DNA of 64,000 nt from the NCBI GenBank assembly GCA_019118505.1, contig DWYU01000084.1:11563-75562 (forward strand), in the 5' to 3' direction. The notes below the pieces were generated by a model. It saw only the letters and a list, made by a program, of their open reading frames with translations. It made no database searches and was not told the DNA's origin. Shown piece by piece: positions 41,747 through 52,458 of the stretch. Source of the DNA: Candidatus Oscillibacter excrementavium (lineage in GTDB: Bacteria > Bacillota > Clostridia > Oscillospirales > Oscillospiraceae). Within the stretch, counting starts at the first letter, position 1; every line of letters starts with the position of its first letter. A program made the translations under genes and the position numbers.

Positions 41747-43426
41747 TTATCCTTTGTCGTATACGATGATTGTGCAGTAATTTTCCGCGTAAGTCCCGTC
41801 CGGCAGAGTGACTCGGCAGGTGATGGTTGCCTCACCGGGGGCAAGTGTATAGTACCGAGCAGCTTCGGCATCGACCGGCGCGTCCAGAGCAATGACAGAC
41901 GGGTCATCCACACTCCAGGAGACCGTATAGTCCTGTCCATAGAAGCGGCTGGTGTCAAAGACATAGAGAGAGGTGGAGCCGCTCACGCCCACATTTGTGA
42001 AGCTGCACAAGGTGGACAGATTGATCTGATCTTCTGCGGGGACAATGTGGACCGCCAGCCGCGCGGTGTATCCCTCCCAGGTAGCGGTGAGATAGCCGAC
42101 ACCTGTCTGACTGCCTGTTCGGATTGTCCCGTTATTGTCGGGAGTATACTCCATCAACTCGGGGGACTCGTTGATATATGTGACTTCACCTGGAACAGGA
42201 CTCCCATCCTTCAGAACAACATCGTTGCTGATGCAGTAGTGATTGGGGTAGATTACCATTTCATTTGCTCCAAAAGTGATCCCTGGCTCTACCCCTGCAG
42301 GCTCCGGTTGGACTTCCGGAACAGGTTCGGGCTCCGGTTCTGGTGCGGGTGTCGGTTCGGGTTCCGGTTCAGGCTCCGGTTCCGGTTCTGGCGCGGGATC
42401 CGGCTGGGGCTCCGGGACAGGCTCGGGTTCCTCCGGAATCGGCTCCGCCGCCTCCACGATGGGGGCAGGCGCCTCCACCGGTTCCGGCTCCGGCTGATAG
42501 AGGGCCGCTCCGCCGGCCACGGCGCCGATCGCCGCCAGTCCCGCCAGCCCCAGGGCGGCCTTGTGGGCCAGCAGTCCGCCTAAGGCATGGGAGGCCGGTC
42601 CGCCGGAGGAGACCGCGCCGGCAGAGGCGGCAGACTCTGCCGCTGCGGCGGCTGTTCCGGCGGCCGCTCCGCCGGAGGACCCGGCTGCACCGGCAGCGGT
42701 GCCGGCCGCTGCCGTTCCGACTGCGGCAGTTCCAGCCGCCCCAGTCAGTACGGCTTGAGCCAGCGCCTCCGCGGCGGAGGTGCTCAGGCCGCCCACCAGG
42801 GCGTCCTTCTGCAGGAAGTACACCAGGAACGGCACCGCGCTGTAGAGCTGGATGCCCTGGGCCGCGTAAGCGTCCACGCCGGCCTTGATGGCCTTCCGGG
42901 CGTAGTTCAGCCGGCTTTTGACAGTGCCCTCCGACGTCTCCAGCGCGGAGGCGATGTCCTTCACGCTCATCTCCTCGTAATAGAACATCAGCACGCACTG
43001 CCGCTGGGCATCCGGCAGCTGGTCCACCAGACCCACGATCATGTTCCGGGTCTCATCGTTGTCCAGGGCCTTGTCCGGCACGGACTGCTCGTCCAGACTC
43101 TCAAAGGCATCCAGCAGGCTGTTGCCCTCGTCATCCTCCGGGATCTGGGACTCCCGGCGGCCCCGGGTGAGGACGTTCCGGCAGTGGTTGGCGGTCATGG
43201 CGGAGAGCCAGCCCCAGAAAGCCTCCGGGTCCTGGAGGCTGTTCAGCCGGGTCAGCATGGAGATCAGGACCTCCTGGGTGGCGTCCAGGGCATCCTCCTG
43301 GTGTTTCAGCATTTTCTTGCAGTGATAGTACACCCGGTTCTGGGCCGCCAGGACCAGTTCCTCCTGGGCCTGCTGGTCTCCGGACAGGCACCGGCGGATC
43401 ACCGGTGTCATGTTTGGCATTGCCAT
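41747..43426 (-). CDS. ECF sigma-70 factor fused to a TM helix, Pro/Glu linker and extracellular beta-rich (Ig-like) region
   Basis: Region 2 ([14 protein letters not shown]) and region 4 ([23 protein letters not shown]), then an Ala/Gly linker, a TM helix and PE repeats. Confidence 0.85.
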   Translation of the reverse strand: MAMPNMTPVIRRCLSGDQQAQEELVLAAQNRVYYHCKKMLKHQEDALDATQEVLISMLTRLNSLQDPEAFWGWLSAMTANHCRNVLTRGRRESQIPEDDEGNSLLDAFESLDEQSVPDKALDNDETRNMIVGLVDQLPDAQRQCVLMFYYEEMSVKDIASALETSEGTVKSRLNYARKAIKAGVDAYAAQGIQLYSAVPFLVYFLQKDALVGGLSTSAAEALAQAVLTGAAGTAAVGTAAAGTAAGAAGSSGGAAAGTAAAAAESAASAGAVSSGGPASHALGGLLAHKAALGLAGLAAIGAVAGGAALYQPEPEPVEAPAPIVEAAEPIPEEPEPVPEPQPDPAPEPEPEPEPEPEPTPAPEPEPEPVPEVQPEPAGVEPGITFGANEMVIYPNHYCISNDVVLKDGSPVPGEVTYINESPELMEYTPDNNGTIRTGSQTGVGYLTATWEGYTARLAVHIVPAEDQINLSTLCSFTNVGVSGSTSLYVFDTSRFYGQDYTVSWSVDDPSVIALDAPVDAEAARYYTLAPGEATITCRVTLPDGTYAENYCTIIVYDKG

Positions 43427-43488
43427 GCGCCCGCCCCTTTCTCTTGAAAAAATACTCCAGATGCCAAATTTCGAGTGTTTTCGACCTT

Positions 43489-43517
43489 ATTTTATGCCTC
43501 TGAAAAGCGCCTGTCAA
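43489..43517 (-). promoter_or_regulatory. SigmaA-type promoter of the ECF fusion gene
   Basis: TTGACA-17 nt-TAAAAT on the minus strand. Confidence 0.7.
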
Positions 43518-44068
43518 TGGATGGGACCGCCGGCCGCCGGGAAAATTTGGAATCTGCACCGGCCTGCCGTCAGGTAAACGATTGACTCCCGTTCCCAGAC
43601 GGCCTTCGCGCGGTCCTGCCCATCCGGCACCCGTTGGATGCGCCTTTGCTTCACGCCGCCAGATCCCGGTAGAGATAGGTGACGATGTCCGCCCGGAGAG
43701 AGAGGGCATCGGGAACAAAGACCTTCCCGGTGCCGGAGAGAAGGCCGGTGCTGTCGGCTTTTTCAAGAGAAGGCGTTTCATAGGCTGCTCCTCCCTTGCA
43801 TATGCGGGCTGGTTTGTCCGCTCCTGTCTATTCGGACACAGCTCTGCTGCGGCAGGTTTTATGGATCGGAGAAAATTTTTCAAGGAGCATTTGCTGCCGG
43901 CCGCGAAAAGAGCGGATAGCTCTTGCAGGGACAGACAGTTTTGGGTATCATAGAGGAGTACGGGATGCTGCGGCGGGGGCGGTCTCCGGGCCAGCGGCCG
44001 GAGCGGACGCTCCGGCGAATCCCGCAAGATCACCGGACCCGGCTTCGGTCCGAAGGAGTATGAGAATC

Positions 44069-45376
44069 ATGGAACGAGCATATGATCAGGAACTTCTGGA
44101 ATTCATTCAAAACAGCCCCACCGTGTACCATGTGATCGCGGGGCAGAAACAGCGCCTGCTGGAAGCCGGGTACCGCCAGCTGCTGGAGGGGGAGGCCTGG
44201 GACCTGCGGCCGGGCGGGAGATACTTTCTCACCCGGAATGGCTCCGCCATCCTGGCCTTCCGGGTGCCGGAGGGGGACTTCCGGGGATTTATGATTATGG
44301 CCAGCCACAGTGACTTTCCGGCGCTCAAGATCAAGGAGCATCCGGAGATCCCGGTGGGGGGAGCCTATCAGAAGCTGAATGCGGAGCTGTACGGCGGGGC
44401 GCTGCTGGCCCCCTGGTTCGACCGGCCCCTGTCCGTGGCGGGACGGCTCTTCCTGCGGACGGCAGAGGGCGTGAAGGCCTGCCTGGTGGATGCGGGGCGG
44501 GATCTGGTGCTGATCCCCAGTCTGGCCATCCATATGAATCGGAATGCCAACGCCGGCCAGGAGTATCTGGTCCAGAGGGATCTGCTCCCCCTTTACGGAG
44601 GAGCGGAGGCGGAGAGCCTGGTGGCGCTGCTGGCCCGGGAGAACGGCTTGGATCCGGCGGATGTGCTGGGACAGGACCTCTTCGTCTACAACCGGCAGGC
44701 GCCCAGCATCTGGGGCGCCGGGCGGGAGTTTTTGTCCAGCCCCCACCTGGACGACGTCCAGTGCGCCTTCGCCTCCCTGACCGGATTCCTGGAGAGCGGG
44801 GGCGGCGCGGGGCTCCCCGTCCATGTGGTGTTTGACAACGAGGAGGTGGGCTCCTCCACCCGGCAGGGGGCGGCCTCCACACTGCTGGAGGACACGCTGC
44901 GCCGGATCGCGGCGGGCCTCGGCCTGTCGGAGCCGGCGTATCTCGCCAAGCTGGCCCAGAGCTTCCTGCTCTCCGCCGACAATGCCCACGCCATGCACCC
45001 CAATTACCCGGACAAATGCGACCCGGTGAACCGCCCCCGGCTGGGCGGCGGCGTCGTGCTGAAGCACAGCGGCAGCCAGAAGTACACCACGGACGGCGCC
45101 TCCGGCGCCATCGTCCAGCTGCTGGCGGAGAGGGCGGGCATCCGGCTCCAGACCTTCACCAACCACTCCGACATCCCCGGCGGAACGACGCTGGGCAATC
45201 TCTCCGTCCAGCACGTGCCGGTCCGCTCCGCGGATGTGGGCATTGCCCAGCTGGCCATGCACTCCCCCTATGAGACCTGCGGCTGCGGGGATACGGCGGA
45301 TCTGGTGGCCCTGGCCAGGGCCCTGTTCTCCTCCTCCCTGCGGGAGACGGGGGAAGAGGCGTATCAGCTCCGGTGA
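44069..45376 (+). CDS. M18 family aminopeptidase
   Basis: NSPTVYH, ASHSDFP, PWFDRPLSVAGR, HLDD, FDNEEVGS, DNAHAMHPNY, AMHS. Confidence 0.9.
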   Translation: MERAYDQELLEFIQNSPTVYHVIAGQKQRLLEAGYRQLLEGEAWDLRPGGRYFLTRNGSAILAFRVPEGDFRGFMIMASHSDFPALKIKEHPEIPVGGAYQKLNAELYGGALLAPWFDRPLSVAGRLFLRTAEGVKACLVDAGRDLVLIPSLAIHMNRNANAGQEYLVQRDLLPLYGGAEAESLVALLARENGLDPADVLGQDLFVYNRQAPSIWGAGREFLSSPHLDDVQCAFASLTGFLESGGGAGLPVHVVFDNEEVGSSTRQGAASTLLEDTLRRIAAGLGLSEPAYLAKLAQSFLLSADNAHAMHPNYPDKCDPVNRPRLGGGVVLKHSGSQKYTTDGASGAIVQLLAERAGIRLQTFTNHSDIPGGTTLGNLSVQHVPVRSADVGIAQLAMHSPYETCGCGDTADLVALARALFSSSLRETGEEAYQLR

Positions 45377-45457
45377 GAGGCCCGCTGCCGGGACATCCCG
45401 TCCCCTCCTGAAAAAATGGTGCACAGATGGCAGCCCGCTGAATAAGCTGGAATATCA

Positions 45458-45497
45458 GAGCAAAGGCGCTCGCCCCTTTGGGGCGGCGCCTTTCTTA
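45458..45497 (+). promoter_or_regulatory. asnB leader: hexaloop hairpin overlapping a terminator
   Basis: GAGC-AAAGGC-GCTC competes with the stem AAAGGCGC...GCGCCTTT-TCTT, just before the RBS. Confidence 0.65.
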
Positions 45498-45515
45498 TGT
45501 CGAGGAGGGATTGCA

Positions 45516-47360
45516 ATGTGCGGAATTGCGGGATTCTGCAATTTTCAGGAGGATTTTCTGACGCAAAAACACAGATGGCAGCAGGTCCTGGTGGACATGC
45601 GGGAGGAAATCGCCCACCGGGGCCCGGACCAGAGCGGAGAGTACCTGCGGGAGAACGCGGGCCTCTCCCATGCCCGACTCTCCATCCGGGACCTGTCCGG
45701 CGGCGTGCAGCCCATGGTGCGCAGGGCCGGCGGAGCGGAGTACGGGATCGTCTACAACGGGGAGGTGTACAACACCCGGGAGCTGACGGCCGACCTGGCG
45801 GCGCGGGGCTGCCAGATGGAGACCACCAGCGACACGGAGGTGATCCTGTGCGCGTACATGGCCTACGGGCCGTCCTTTGTCACCCGGCTCAACGGGATTT
45901 TCGCCTTTGCCATCTGGGATGGGGCTCGGCAGACGCTGCGGCTCTATCGGGACCGGCTGGGGGTGAAGCCCCTCTTTTACGCCAGGAGAGGGGAGACGCT
46001 GATCTTTGGCTCGGAGCCCAAGGCCCTGTTCCGGCATCCCCTGGTAGAGCCCGCGGCGGATGCGGGCAGCTTCCGGGAGATCTTCGGAATCGGCCCGGCC
46101 AGGACGCCCGGCTGCGGCGTCTTTCGGGACCTGCATGAGCTCAGGCCGGGATTCTGCGCCGCCTTCTCCCGGGACGGCTTTGCGGAGAGGGCCTATTGGA
46201 CCCTGGAGGCACGGGAGCACGCGGACAGCTATGAGGAGACCGTGGAGAAAACCGCCTGGCTCCTGCGGGACGCCATCCAGCGGCAGATGGTCTCCGACGT
46301 GCCGGTCTGCAGCTTCCTGTCCGGGGGCATCGACTCCAGCGTCGTGACGGCGCTGGCCTCCAACTTCCTGGAGCGGCAGGGGAAGCAGCTCCACACCTTC
46401 TCCTTTGACTTCGCCCACAACGCGGAGTGCTTCCGGCCAAACGCCTTTCAGCCCACCCAGGACCGCCCCTACGTGGAGCGGATGCTGGCCTGCTATCCCC
46501 TTCGCCACACCTGCCTGACCTGTGAGGAGACAGTGCTGGCGGACCTGCTGCCCCAGGCGGTCCGGATCAGGGACCTGCCCGGCATGACGGATGTGGATGC
46601 GTCGCTTCTGTACTTCTGCGGCCAGGTGCGCCAGCACGAGAAGGTGGCGCTGACAGGGGAGTGCGCCGACGAGATCTTCGGCGGGTATCCGTGGTTTTAC
46701 CGGCCGGAGCTGCTCCACGCCGACGGCTTTCCCTGGTCCTCCGACCTGGAGGCCAGGTGCGCGCTGCTGAATCAGGAGACCATCGACTGGCTGGAGCTGA
46801 AGGAGTATGTGCGGAGCCGTTATGAGGACGCCCTGCGGGAGGTGCCCCGGCTGCCCGGGGAGGAACCGGAGGCCCGCCGGCGGCGGGAGGTGTCCTATCT
46901 CAACCTGCGCTGGTTCATGCAGACGCTGCTGGACCGGATGGACCGGACCAGCATGGCCTGGGGGCTGGAGGCCCGGGTCCCCTTTGCCGACCACCGGATC
47001 GTGGAGTACCTCTACAATGTGCCCTGGGAGATGAAGTACCAGAACGGGGTGGAGAAGGCCCTGCTGCGGGATGCGTGCGGGGACCTGCTGCCGCCGGAGC
47101 TGCTGCGGCGGAAGAAGAGCCCCTATCCCAAGCCCTACTCTCCGGTGTACGAGCAGCTTCTGACAGAGCGGTTCCGGGAGGTGATGCAGGACCCGGCCGC
47201 GCCGGTGATGCGCTTTGTGGATCCGGAAAAGGCCCGGCGCTTCCTGGAGGCGCCCAAGGACTACGGCAGGCCCTGGTTCGGCCAGCTGATGGCAGGCCCC
47301 CAGATGATCGCCTACCTGCTGCAGGTGAACGAGTGGATGAGGCGCTATCAGGTGGGGTGA
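45516..47360 (+). CDS. asnB: Asparagine synthase (glutamine-hydrolysing)
   Basis: MCGIAG N-terminal nucleophile Cys, HRGPD, YNGEVYN, RDRLGVKPL, FLSGGIDSS, GECADEIFGGY. Confidence 0.92.
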   Translation: MCGIAGFCNFQEDFLTQKHRWQQVLVDMREEIAHRGPDQSGEYLRENAGLSHARLSIRDLSGGVQPMVRRAGGAEYGIVYNGEVYNTRELTADLAARGCQMETTSDTEVILCAYMAYGPSFVTRLNGIFAFAIWDGARQTLRLYRDRLGVKPLFYARRGETLIFGSEPKALFRHPLVEPAADAGSFREIFGIGPARTPGCGVFRDLHELRPGFCAAFSRDGFAERAYWTLEAREHADSYEETVEKTAWLLRDAIQRQMVSDVPVCSFLSGGIDSSVVTALASNFLERQGKQLHTFSFDFAHNAECFRPNAFQPTQDRPYVERMLACYPLRHTCLTCEETVLADLLPQAVRIRDLPGMTDVDASLLYFCGQVRQHEKVALTGECADEIFGGYPWFYRPELLHADGFPWSSDLEARCALLNQETIDWLELKEYVRSRYEDALREVPRLPGEEPEARRRREVSYLNLRWFMQTLLDRMDRTSMAWGLEARVPFADHRIVEYLYNVPWEMKYQNGVEKALLRDACGDLLPPELLRRKKSPYPKPYSPVYEQLLTERFREVMQDPAAPVMRFVDPEKARRFLEAPKDYGRPWFGQLMAGPQMIAYLLQVNEWMRRYQVG

Positions 47361-47411
47361 CGGCCCGGCGCTGTTTGCAAAAAGTTCATAAATCGTTTAC
47401 GAAAAGAATAC

Positions 47412-47464
47412 AGACGAAATCGTCTCAAACTAGTATACTCTGGATTTGTAGACGAGATCGTCTA
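47412..47464. promoter_or_regulatory. Two palindromic operators, probably for the TetR below
   Basis: AGACGA-aa-TCGTCT (47412) and TAGACGA-ga-TCGTCTA (47449), upstream of the tetR-like gene. Confidence 0.65.
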
Positions 47465-47566
47465 TAACTCGCCGCACTTGGCGGCGGGTGCCGGGAGGAG
47501 CGGCGGGCGGCTGTCCGCCCGGGCGCTCCCCTAGCCCGTAAACCTTCACAGAGGAGGGGGACGTCC

Positions 47567-48274
47567 ATGACACAGAAGGAGCGCCAGGAGCACAGCCGGA
47601 GGGAGATCTACCGGGCAGCCCTGGAGGAATTCGGGACGAATGGCTACGACCAGGTGAATATGGAGCGGATCTGCGCCAACCACGGGATTTCCAAGGGGAT
47701 GATGTATCACTACTACTCCAGCAAGGACCAGCTGTTTCTGCTGTGTGTGGAGCGCACCTTTTCCGATTTGAAGGCCTATGTGGAACAGCATATGGCGGAG
47801 CTGGACGGGCAGGATGCGCTGGAGGCCATCAAGGGCTACTTCCTGCTCCGGGAGCGATATTTTGAGCGGAATCCCTGGCAGAAGGCGGTGTTCGAACATG
47901 CCATGCTGCGGCCGCCCAGGTCCCTGGCGGATCAGATCCAGCAGCTGCGTGCGCCCATTCAGGAGACGAATCGGGAATTTATGCGGAGGCTGGTCCAGCG
48001 GATGCCGCTGCGGCCCGGCCTGGAGCCGGACAAGGTGATCCGGCATCTTGAGGGGATCGGGACCTTCTTCCAGAATGCCATGGCCTATTACTGCCAGGGC
48101 GGGAAAAAGGGCCCGGACCTCCACACCATGCTGGAACATGCCGGGGAGATGCTGGACCTGTTCCTCTACGGCGTGCTGCGCCAGACGCCGGAGACCTGTC
48201 CGGAGAGAGAAATCCGGACAGGCCGCCCGGCGCCGCAACCAGATGAATCAATCGAAAAGGAGGAAATTTTATGA
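47567..48274 (+). CDS. TetR/AcrR family regulator
   Basis: IYRAALEEFGTNGY...ISKGMMYHYYSSKDQL HTH. Confidence 0.9.
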   Translation: MTQKERQEHSRREIYRAALEEFGTNGYDQVNMERICANHGISKGMMYHYYSSKDQLFLLCVERTFSDLKAYVEQHMAELDGQDALEAIKGYFLLRERYFERNPWQKAVFEHAMLRPPRSLADQIQQLRAPIQETNREFMRRLVQRMPLRPGLEPDKVIRHLEGIGTFFQNAMAYYCQGGKKGPDLHTMLEHAGEMLDLFLYGVLRQTPETCPEREIRTGRPAPQPDESIEKEEIL

Positions 48275-48807
48275 ATCAGACAGTCTCTCGTGTTTTGTGG
48301 ATCCTGGCCGGTGTGCTGCTGATCATCGCCGGCGTCATCTGCCTCATCAATCCGGGCGCGGCGTGGACCACCCTGTCCCTGTATCTGGGCATCTCCATGC
48401 TGCTCTCCGGCGTCATCGACATCGTGATCTTCGCCAGGGGGAACCGCTATATGGCCGGCGCCGGCTGGTTTCTGCTGGACGGCATCCTGACGGTGCTGCT
48501 CTCTCTGTTCCTCCTGTTCCACCAGGCCTTTACCATGCTGACGCTGCCCCTGATCTTCGGAATGTGGCTGCTGTACTCCGGCGTCAGCAAATTCGTCAAC
48601 TCTTTTGAGCTGAGGCGGCTGGGGGTGCCGGGCTGGGGCTGGTTCACCGCCCTGGGCATCCTGCTGGCGGTGGTCGGATTTTTCTCCTTCTGGGACCCCG
48701 TCTCCCAGCTGTTCGCCCTCAGCTTTCTGGTGGGGATCCTGCTGATCTTCCAGGGGGTGTCCTCCATCCTGCGGGCCTGCTTTGCCCATCGATTCTGGAG
48801 ATTGTAA
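48271..48807 (+). CDS. HdeD/DUF308 family membrane protein
   Basis: Six short TM repeats (ILAGVLLIIAG..NP; W..L.G). Confidence 0.75.
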   Translation: MNQTVSRVLWILAGVLLIIAGVICLINPGAAWTTLSLYLGISMLLSGVIDIVIFARGNRYMAGAGWFLLDGILTVLLSLFLLFHQAFTMLTLPLIFGMWLLYSGVSKFVNSFELRRLGVPGWGWFTALGILLAVVGFFSFWDPVSQLFALSFLVGILLIFQGVSSILRACFAHRFWRL

Positions 48808-48840
48808 AAACGAAACGACTTTGCTGTAAGGAGGACTTCC

Positions 48841-50601
48841 ATGCTGAAACTGCTTCAGAACCTGCGCAGGCGGGAGTGGACCATGGCCGCCGTCTGCGCG
48901 GTGCTCATTCTGGGCCAGATCTACTTTGACCTGTCGCTGCCCGACTACATGAGCAACCTGACGGTGCTTATCAAGACCCCAGGGAGCACCATGGGGGACA
49001 TTCTCAACACCGGGCTGGAGATGCTGGGCTGCACCCTGGCCAGCGCGGTGCTGTGCGTCATCTGCGGTTATCTGACGGCCAAGGTGGCCGCCGGATTCAG
49101 CTTCTCCATCCGGGAGGCGGTGTTCCGCAAGATCGCCGACTTCGGCCAGCAGGAGATGATGGCCTTCTCCGTCCCCAGCCTCATCAACCGCACCACCAAC
49201 GACATCACCCAGGTGCAGATGCTGGTGTCCATGGGCCTGCAGATCCTCATCAAGTCCCCGGTGATGGCGGTGTGGGCCATCGTGAAGATTGTCAACAAGA
49301 GCTGGACCCTCTCCGCCATCACCGCCGGGTTCGTGGCGGCGCTGCTGGTGATGATGGTGGTCATCATCGGGGTCGTCGTGCCCCGGTTCCGCCGGGTGCA
49401 GAAGCTCACCGACCACATCAACCTGGTGGCCCGGGAGAATCTGAACGGCATCAACGTGGTCCACGCCTACAACGCCGAGGACTATCAGAATGCCAAGTTC
49501 CGCAAGGGCAACGAGGAGCTGATGCACACCCAGCTGTTCAACCAGCGGGCCTTTGCCTTTCTGATGCCCGGCGTCACCCTGGCCATGAACGCCCTGTCTC
49601 TGGTGATCTACTGGGTGGGCGCCTCCATCGTGAACGCGGTGCCCGCTGCGGACACCGCCGCAAGGCTTGCATCCTTCAGCGACATCGTGGTGTTCGGCAC
49701 CTATGCCACCTATGTCATCATGTCCATCATGATGATGGTGATGATCATTATGCTGATCCCGGCGGCCCAGGTGTCCGCCCAGCGGATCAACGAGGTGCTG
49801 GAAACCCGGAACAGCCTGACCCAGGGCACCCGCACCGACGCCCCGGAGACCGGTACCGTGGAGTTCCGGGACGTCTCCTTCAACTACCCCTCCTCTGACA
49901 AAAATGTGCTGGAGCACATCAGCTTCACCGCCAGACAGGGAGAGACGGTGGCTTTCATCGGCGCCACCGGCAGCGGCAAGACCACCCTGGTGAGTCTGGC
50001 CGCCCGGTTCTATGACGCCACCGAGGGCCAGGTGCTGGTGGACGGAGTGGACGTGCGGGACTATACCTTCGACGCCCTGTATGACCGGGTGGGCTATATG
50101 ACCCAGAAGGCGGTCCTGTTCTCCGGCGATGTCCGCAGCAACGTGCTGTTCGGCGCCAGCCGGGGCGGGGACTCCGACGAGGATGTCCGGAAGGCCCTGG
50201 ACCTGGCCCAGGCCAGCGAGTTTGTGGACAAGCTGCCCGGCGGCATCCACGCCCCCATCGCCCAGGGGGGCACCAATGTCTCCGGCGGCCAGAAGCAGCG
50301 GCTCTCCATCGCCCGGGCCCTGGCCCGGCGCCCGGAGATCCTGGTGTTTGACGACTCCTTCTCCGCCCTGGACTACCGGACGGACGCCAGACTCCGGGCG
50401 GGCCTGGACCGGGAGCTGAAGGACACCACCCGCCTGATCGTGGCCCAGCGGATCGGCACCATCCGGAACGCGGACAAAATCATCGTCCTGGACGAGGGGA
50501 AGGTGGTGGGGATGGGCACCCACGACCAGCTGATGCGGACCTGCCCCGTCTACCAGGAGATCGCCCGGTCCCAGCTCTCTCCGGAAGAGCTGGGGGCGTA
50601 A
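48841..50601 (+). CDS. Heterodimeric ABC exporter subunit 1 (TMD+NBD)
   Basis: SLINRTTND, GATGSGKT, VSGGQKQR, DDSFSALD (degenerate site). Confidence 0.9.
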   Translation: MLKLLQNLRRREWTMAAVCAVLILGQIYFDLSLPDYMSNLTVLIKTPGSTMGDILNTGLEMLGCTLASAVLCVICGYLTAKVAAGFSFSIREAVFRKIADFGQQEMMAFSVPSLINRTTNDITQVQMLVSMGLQILIKSPVMAVWAIVKIVNKSWTLSAITAGFVAALLVMMVVIIGVVVPRFRRVQKLTDHINLVARENLNGINVVHAYNAEDYQNAKFRKGNEELMHTQLFNQRAFAFLMPGVTLAMNALSLVIYWVGASIVNAVPAADTAARLASFSDIVVFGTYATYVIMSIMMMVMIIMLIPAAQVSAQRINEVLETRNSLTQGTRTDAPETGTVEFRDVSFNYPSSDKNVLEHISFTARQGETVAFIGATGSGKTTLVSLAARFYDATEGQVLVDGVDVRDYTFDALYDRVGYMTQKAVLFSGDVRSNVLFGASRGGDSDEDVRKALDLAQASEFVDKLPGGIHAPIAQGGTNVSGGQKQRLSIARALARRPEILVFDDSFSALDYRTDARLRAGLDRELKDTTRLIVAQRIGTIRNADKIIVLDEGKVVGMGTHDQLMRTCPVYQEIARSQLSPEELGA

Positions 50602-50614
50602 GGAGGGATTTCAA

Positions 50615-52414
50615 ATGCCGAATATGATGCGGAACAGAATGGGCGCGCCGGCCAAAAGCAAACGGGGCATCGGCGGCGTGCTGAAGGAGCTGTTCACCTA
50701 TTCCAATAAATTGAAAATGCCCTCCGCCGTGGCGTTTTGCTTCGCCGTGGCCGGCGCGGTGCTGACCATCATCGGCCCCAACCTGCTCAGCCAGATCACG
50801 GACCTGATCTCCGACGCCCTGAGCGGGGAGATCGACCTGGCCGCCATCGGCCATATCGGCGGGATCCTGCTGGTGATCTACGGCCTCAGCGCCGTGTTCA
50901 CCTACGTGGAGCACTTCATCATGGCCACCGTCACCCTGGACCTGTCCCGGGACCTGCGGCAGGACCTGTCCCGGAAGATCAACCGGGTGCCTATGAGCTA
51001 TTTCAGCAAGGTGTCCCACGGCGACATCCTCAGCCGGGTCACCAACGACGTCAGCACCCTGCAGCAGGCCCTGGCCAACAGCCTGCCCTCCATGATCAGC
51101 GCGGCGGCCCAGTTCATCGGCTGCCTGGTGATGATGTTTCTCACGGAGTGGCGCATGGCCCTGGCGGCCATCGCCGTCACCCTGGCGGGCTTCCTGATCA
51201 TGGCGGTGGTGATGCTCCGGTCCCAGAGATACTTCACCGCCCGGCAGGAGAATTTGAGCACCCTGAACGGCTACGTGGAGGAGATGTACTCCGGCCACGA
51301 TGTGGTGCGCCTCTCCCGGGCCAATGCGCAGGTGAAGGAGACCTTCGGCGGCATGAACGCCGCCCTGTACGACGCGGAGTGGCGCAGCCAGTTCCTCTCC
51401 GGCATCATGCAGCCCCTGATGACCATCATCGGCAATCTGGGCTATGTGGTGGTGTGCGTCCTGGGCTCCGCCCTGGCCATGAGCGGGGAGATCTCCTTCG
51501 GCGTCATCGTGGCCTTCATCCTCTATGTGCGGCTGTTCACCTCGCCCCTGAGCACCCTGGCCCAGGGCATGACCCAGATGCAGACAGCGGCCGCCGCCGG
51601 CGACCACATCTTCGACTTCCTCCACGAGGAGGAGCTGCCCGACGAGACCGGCAAGCGCACCGCCCTCACCGATGTCCGCGGCGAGGTGGAGTTTGACCAC
51701 GTCCGGTTCAGCTACCCCAACAACCCGGACAAGATCATCATCAAGGACTTCTCCGCCCACATCCGGCCGGGCCAGAAGGTGGCCATCGTGGGCCCCACCG
51801 GCGCCGGCAAGACCACCCTGGTGAACCTGCTGATGCGGTTCTTTGAGATCAACAGCGGAAGCATCAGGATCGACGGCGTGCCCACCTCGGAGATGACCCG
51901 GGAGAGCGTCCATGACCTGTTCAGCATGGTCCTGCAGGACACCTGGCTGTTTGAGGGCACCGTCCGGGAGAACCTGGTCTACAACAAGGCCGGCGTCACG
52001 GACCAGCAGCTGGAGGAGGCCTGCCGGGCCTGCGGCATCTACCACTTCATCGAGACGCTGCCCCAGGGCTTCGACACGGTGCTGGACGACAGCATCGCCA
52101 TCTCCGCCGGCCAGAAGCAGCTGCTGACCATCGCCCGGGCCATGATCCAGGGCAACCCCATGCTGATCCTGGATGAGGCCACCTCCTCCGTGGACACCCG
52201 CACGGAGCTGATCACCCAGCAGGCCATGGACCGGCTGACGGAGCACCGCACCAGCTTTGTCATCGCCCACCGGCTGTCCACCATCAAGAACGCCGATCTG
52301 ATCCTAGTCCTGAAGGACGGGGACATCATCGAGCAGGGCACCCACCAGCAGCTGCTGGCCAAGGGCGGCTTCTACGCCGACCTGTACAACAGCCAGTTTG
52401 AGAAGGCGTCCTGA
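50615..52414 (+). CDS. Heterodimeric ABC exporter subunit 2
   Basis: GDILSRVTND, GPTGAGKT, ISAGQKQ, LDEATSSVD, IAHRLSTI. Confidence 0.9.
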   Translation: MPNMMRNRMGAPAKSKRGIGGVLKELFTYSNKLKMPSAVAFCFAVAGAVLTIIGPNLLSQITDLISDALSGEIDLAAIGHIGGILLVIYGLSAVFTYVEHFIMATVTLDLSRDLRQDLSRKINRVPMSYFSKVSHGDILSRVTNDVSTLQQALANSLPSMISAAAQFIGCLVMMFLTEWRMALAAIAVTLAGFLIMAVVMLRSQRYFTARQENLSTLNGYVEEMYSGHDVVRLSRANAQVKETFGGMNAALYDAEWRSQFLSGIMQPLMTIIGNLGYVVVCVLGSALAMSGEISFGVIVAFILYVRLFTSPLSTLAQGMTQMQTAAAAGDHIFDFLHEEELPDETGKRTALTDVRGEVEFDHVRFSYPNNPDKIIIKDFSAHIRPGQKVAIVGPTGAGKTTLVNLLMRFFEINSGSIRIDGVPTSEMTRESVHDLFSMVLQDTWLFEGTVRENLVYNKAGVTDQQLEEACRACGIYHFIETLPQGFDTVLDDSIAISAGQKQLLTIARAMIQGNPMLILDEATSSVDTRTELITQQAMDRLTEHRTSFVIAHRLSTIKNADLILVLKDGDIIEQGTHQQLLAKGGFYADLYNSQFEKAS

Positions 52415-52458
52415 CCTGTCCGCGGGCCGCCAGGAGACAGGCGACCGCAGCCCAAACG

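Noticed and set aside
42300-42500. Short GAACCG/GAGCC-type tandem repeats
   Set aside because: They simply encode the Pro-Glu stalk of the sigma fusion (likewise the PEET repeats near 39790-39835); they are not an independent repeat element.
43427-44068. ORFs 43582-43953 and 43131-44033, and the N-terminal extension of 43796
   Set aside because: No recognisable motifs. The region holds divergent sigmaA promoters, and the M18 start fits ATG 44069.
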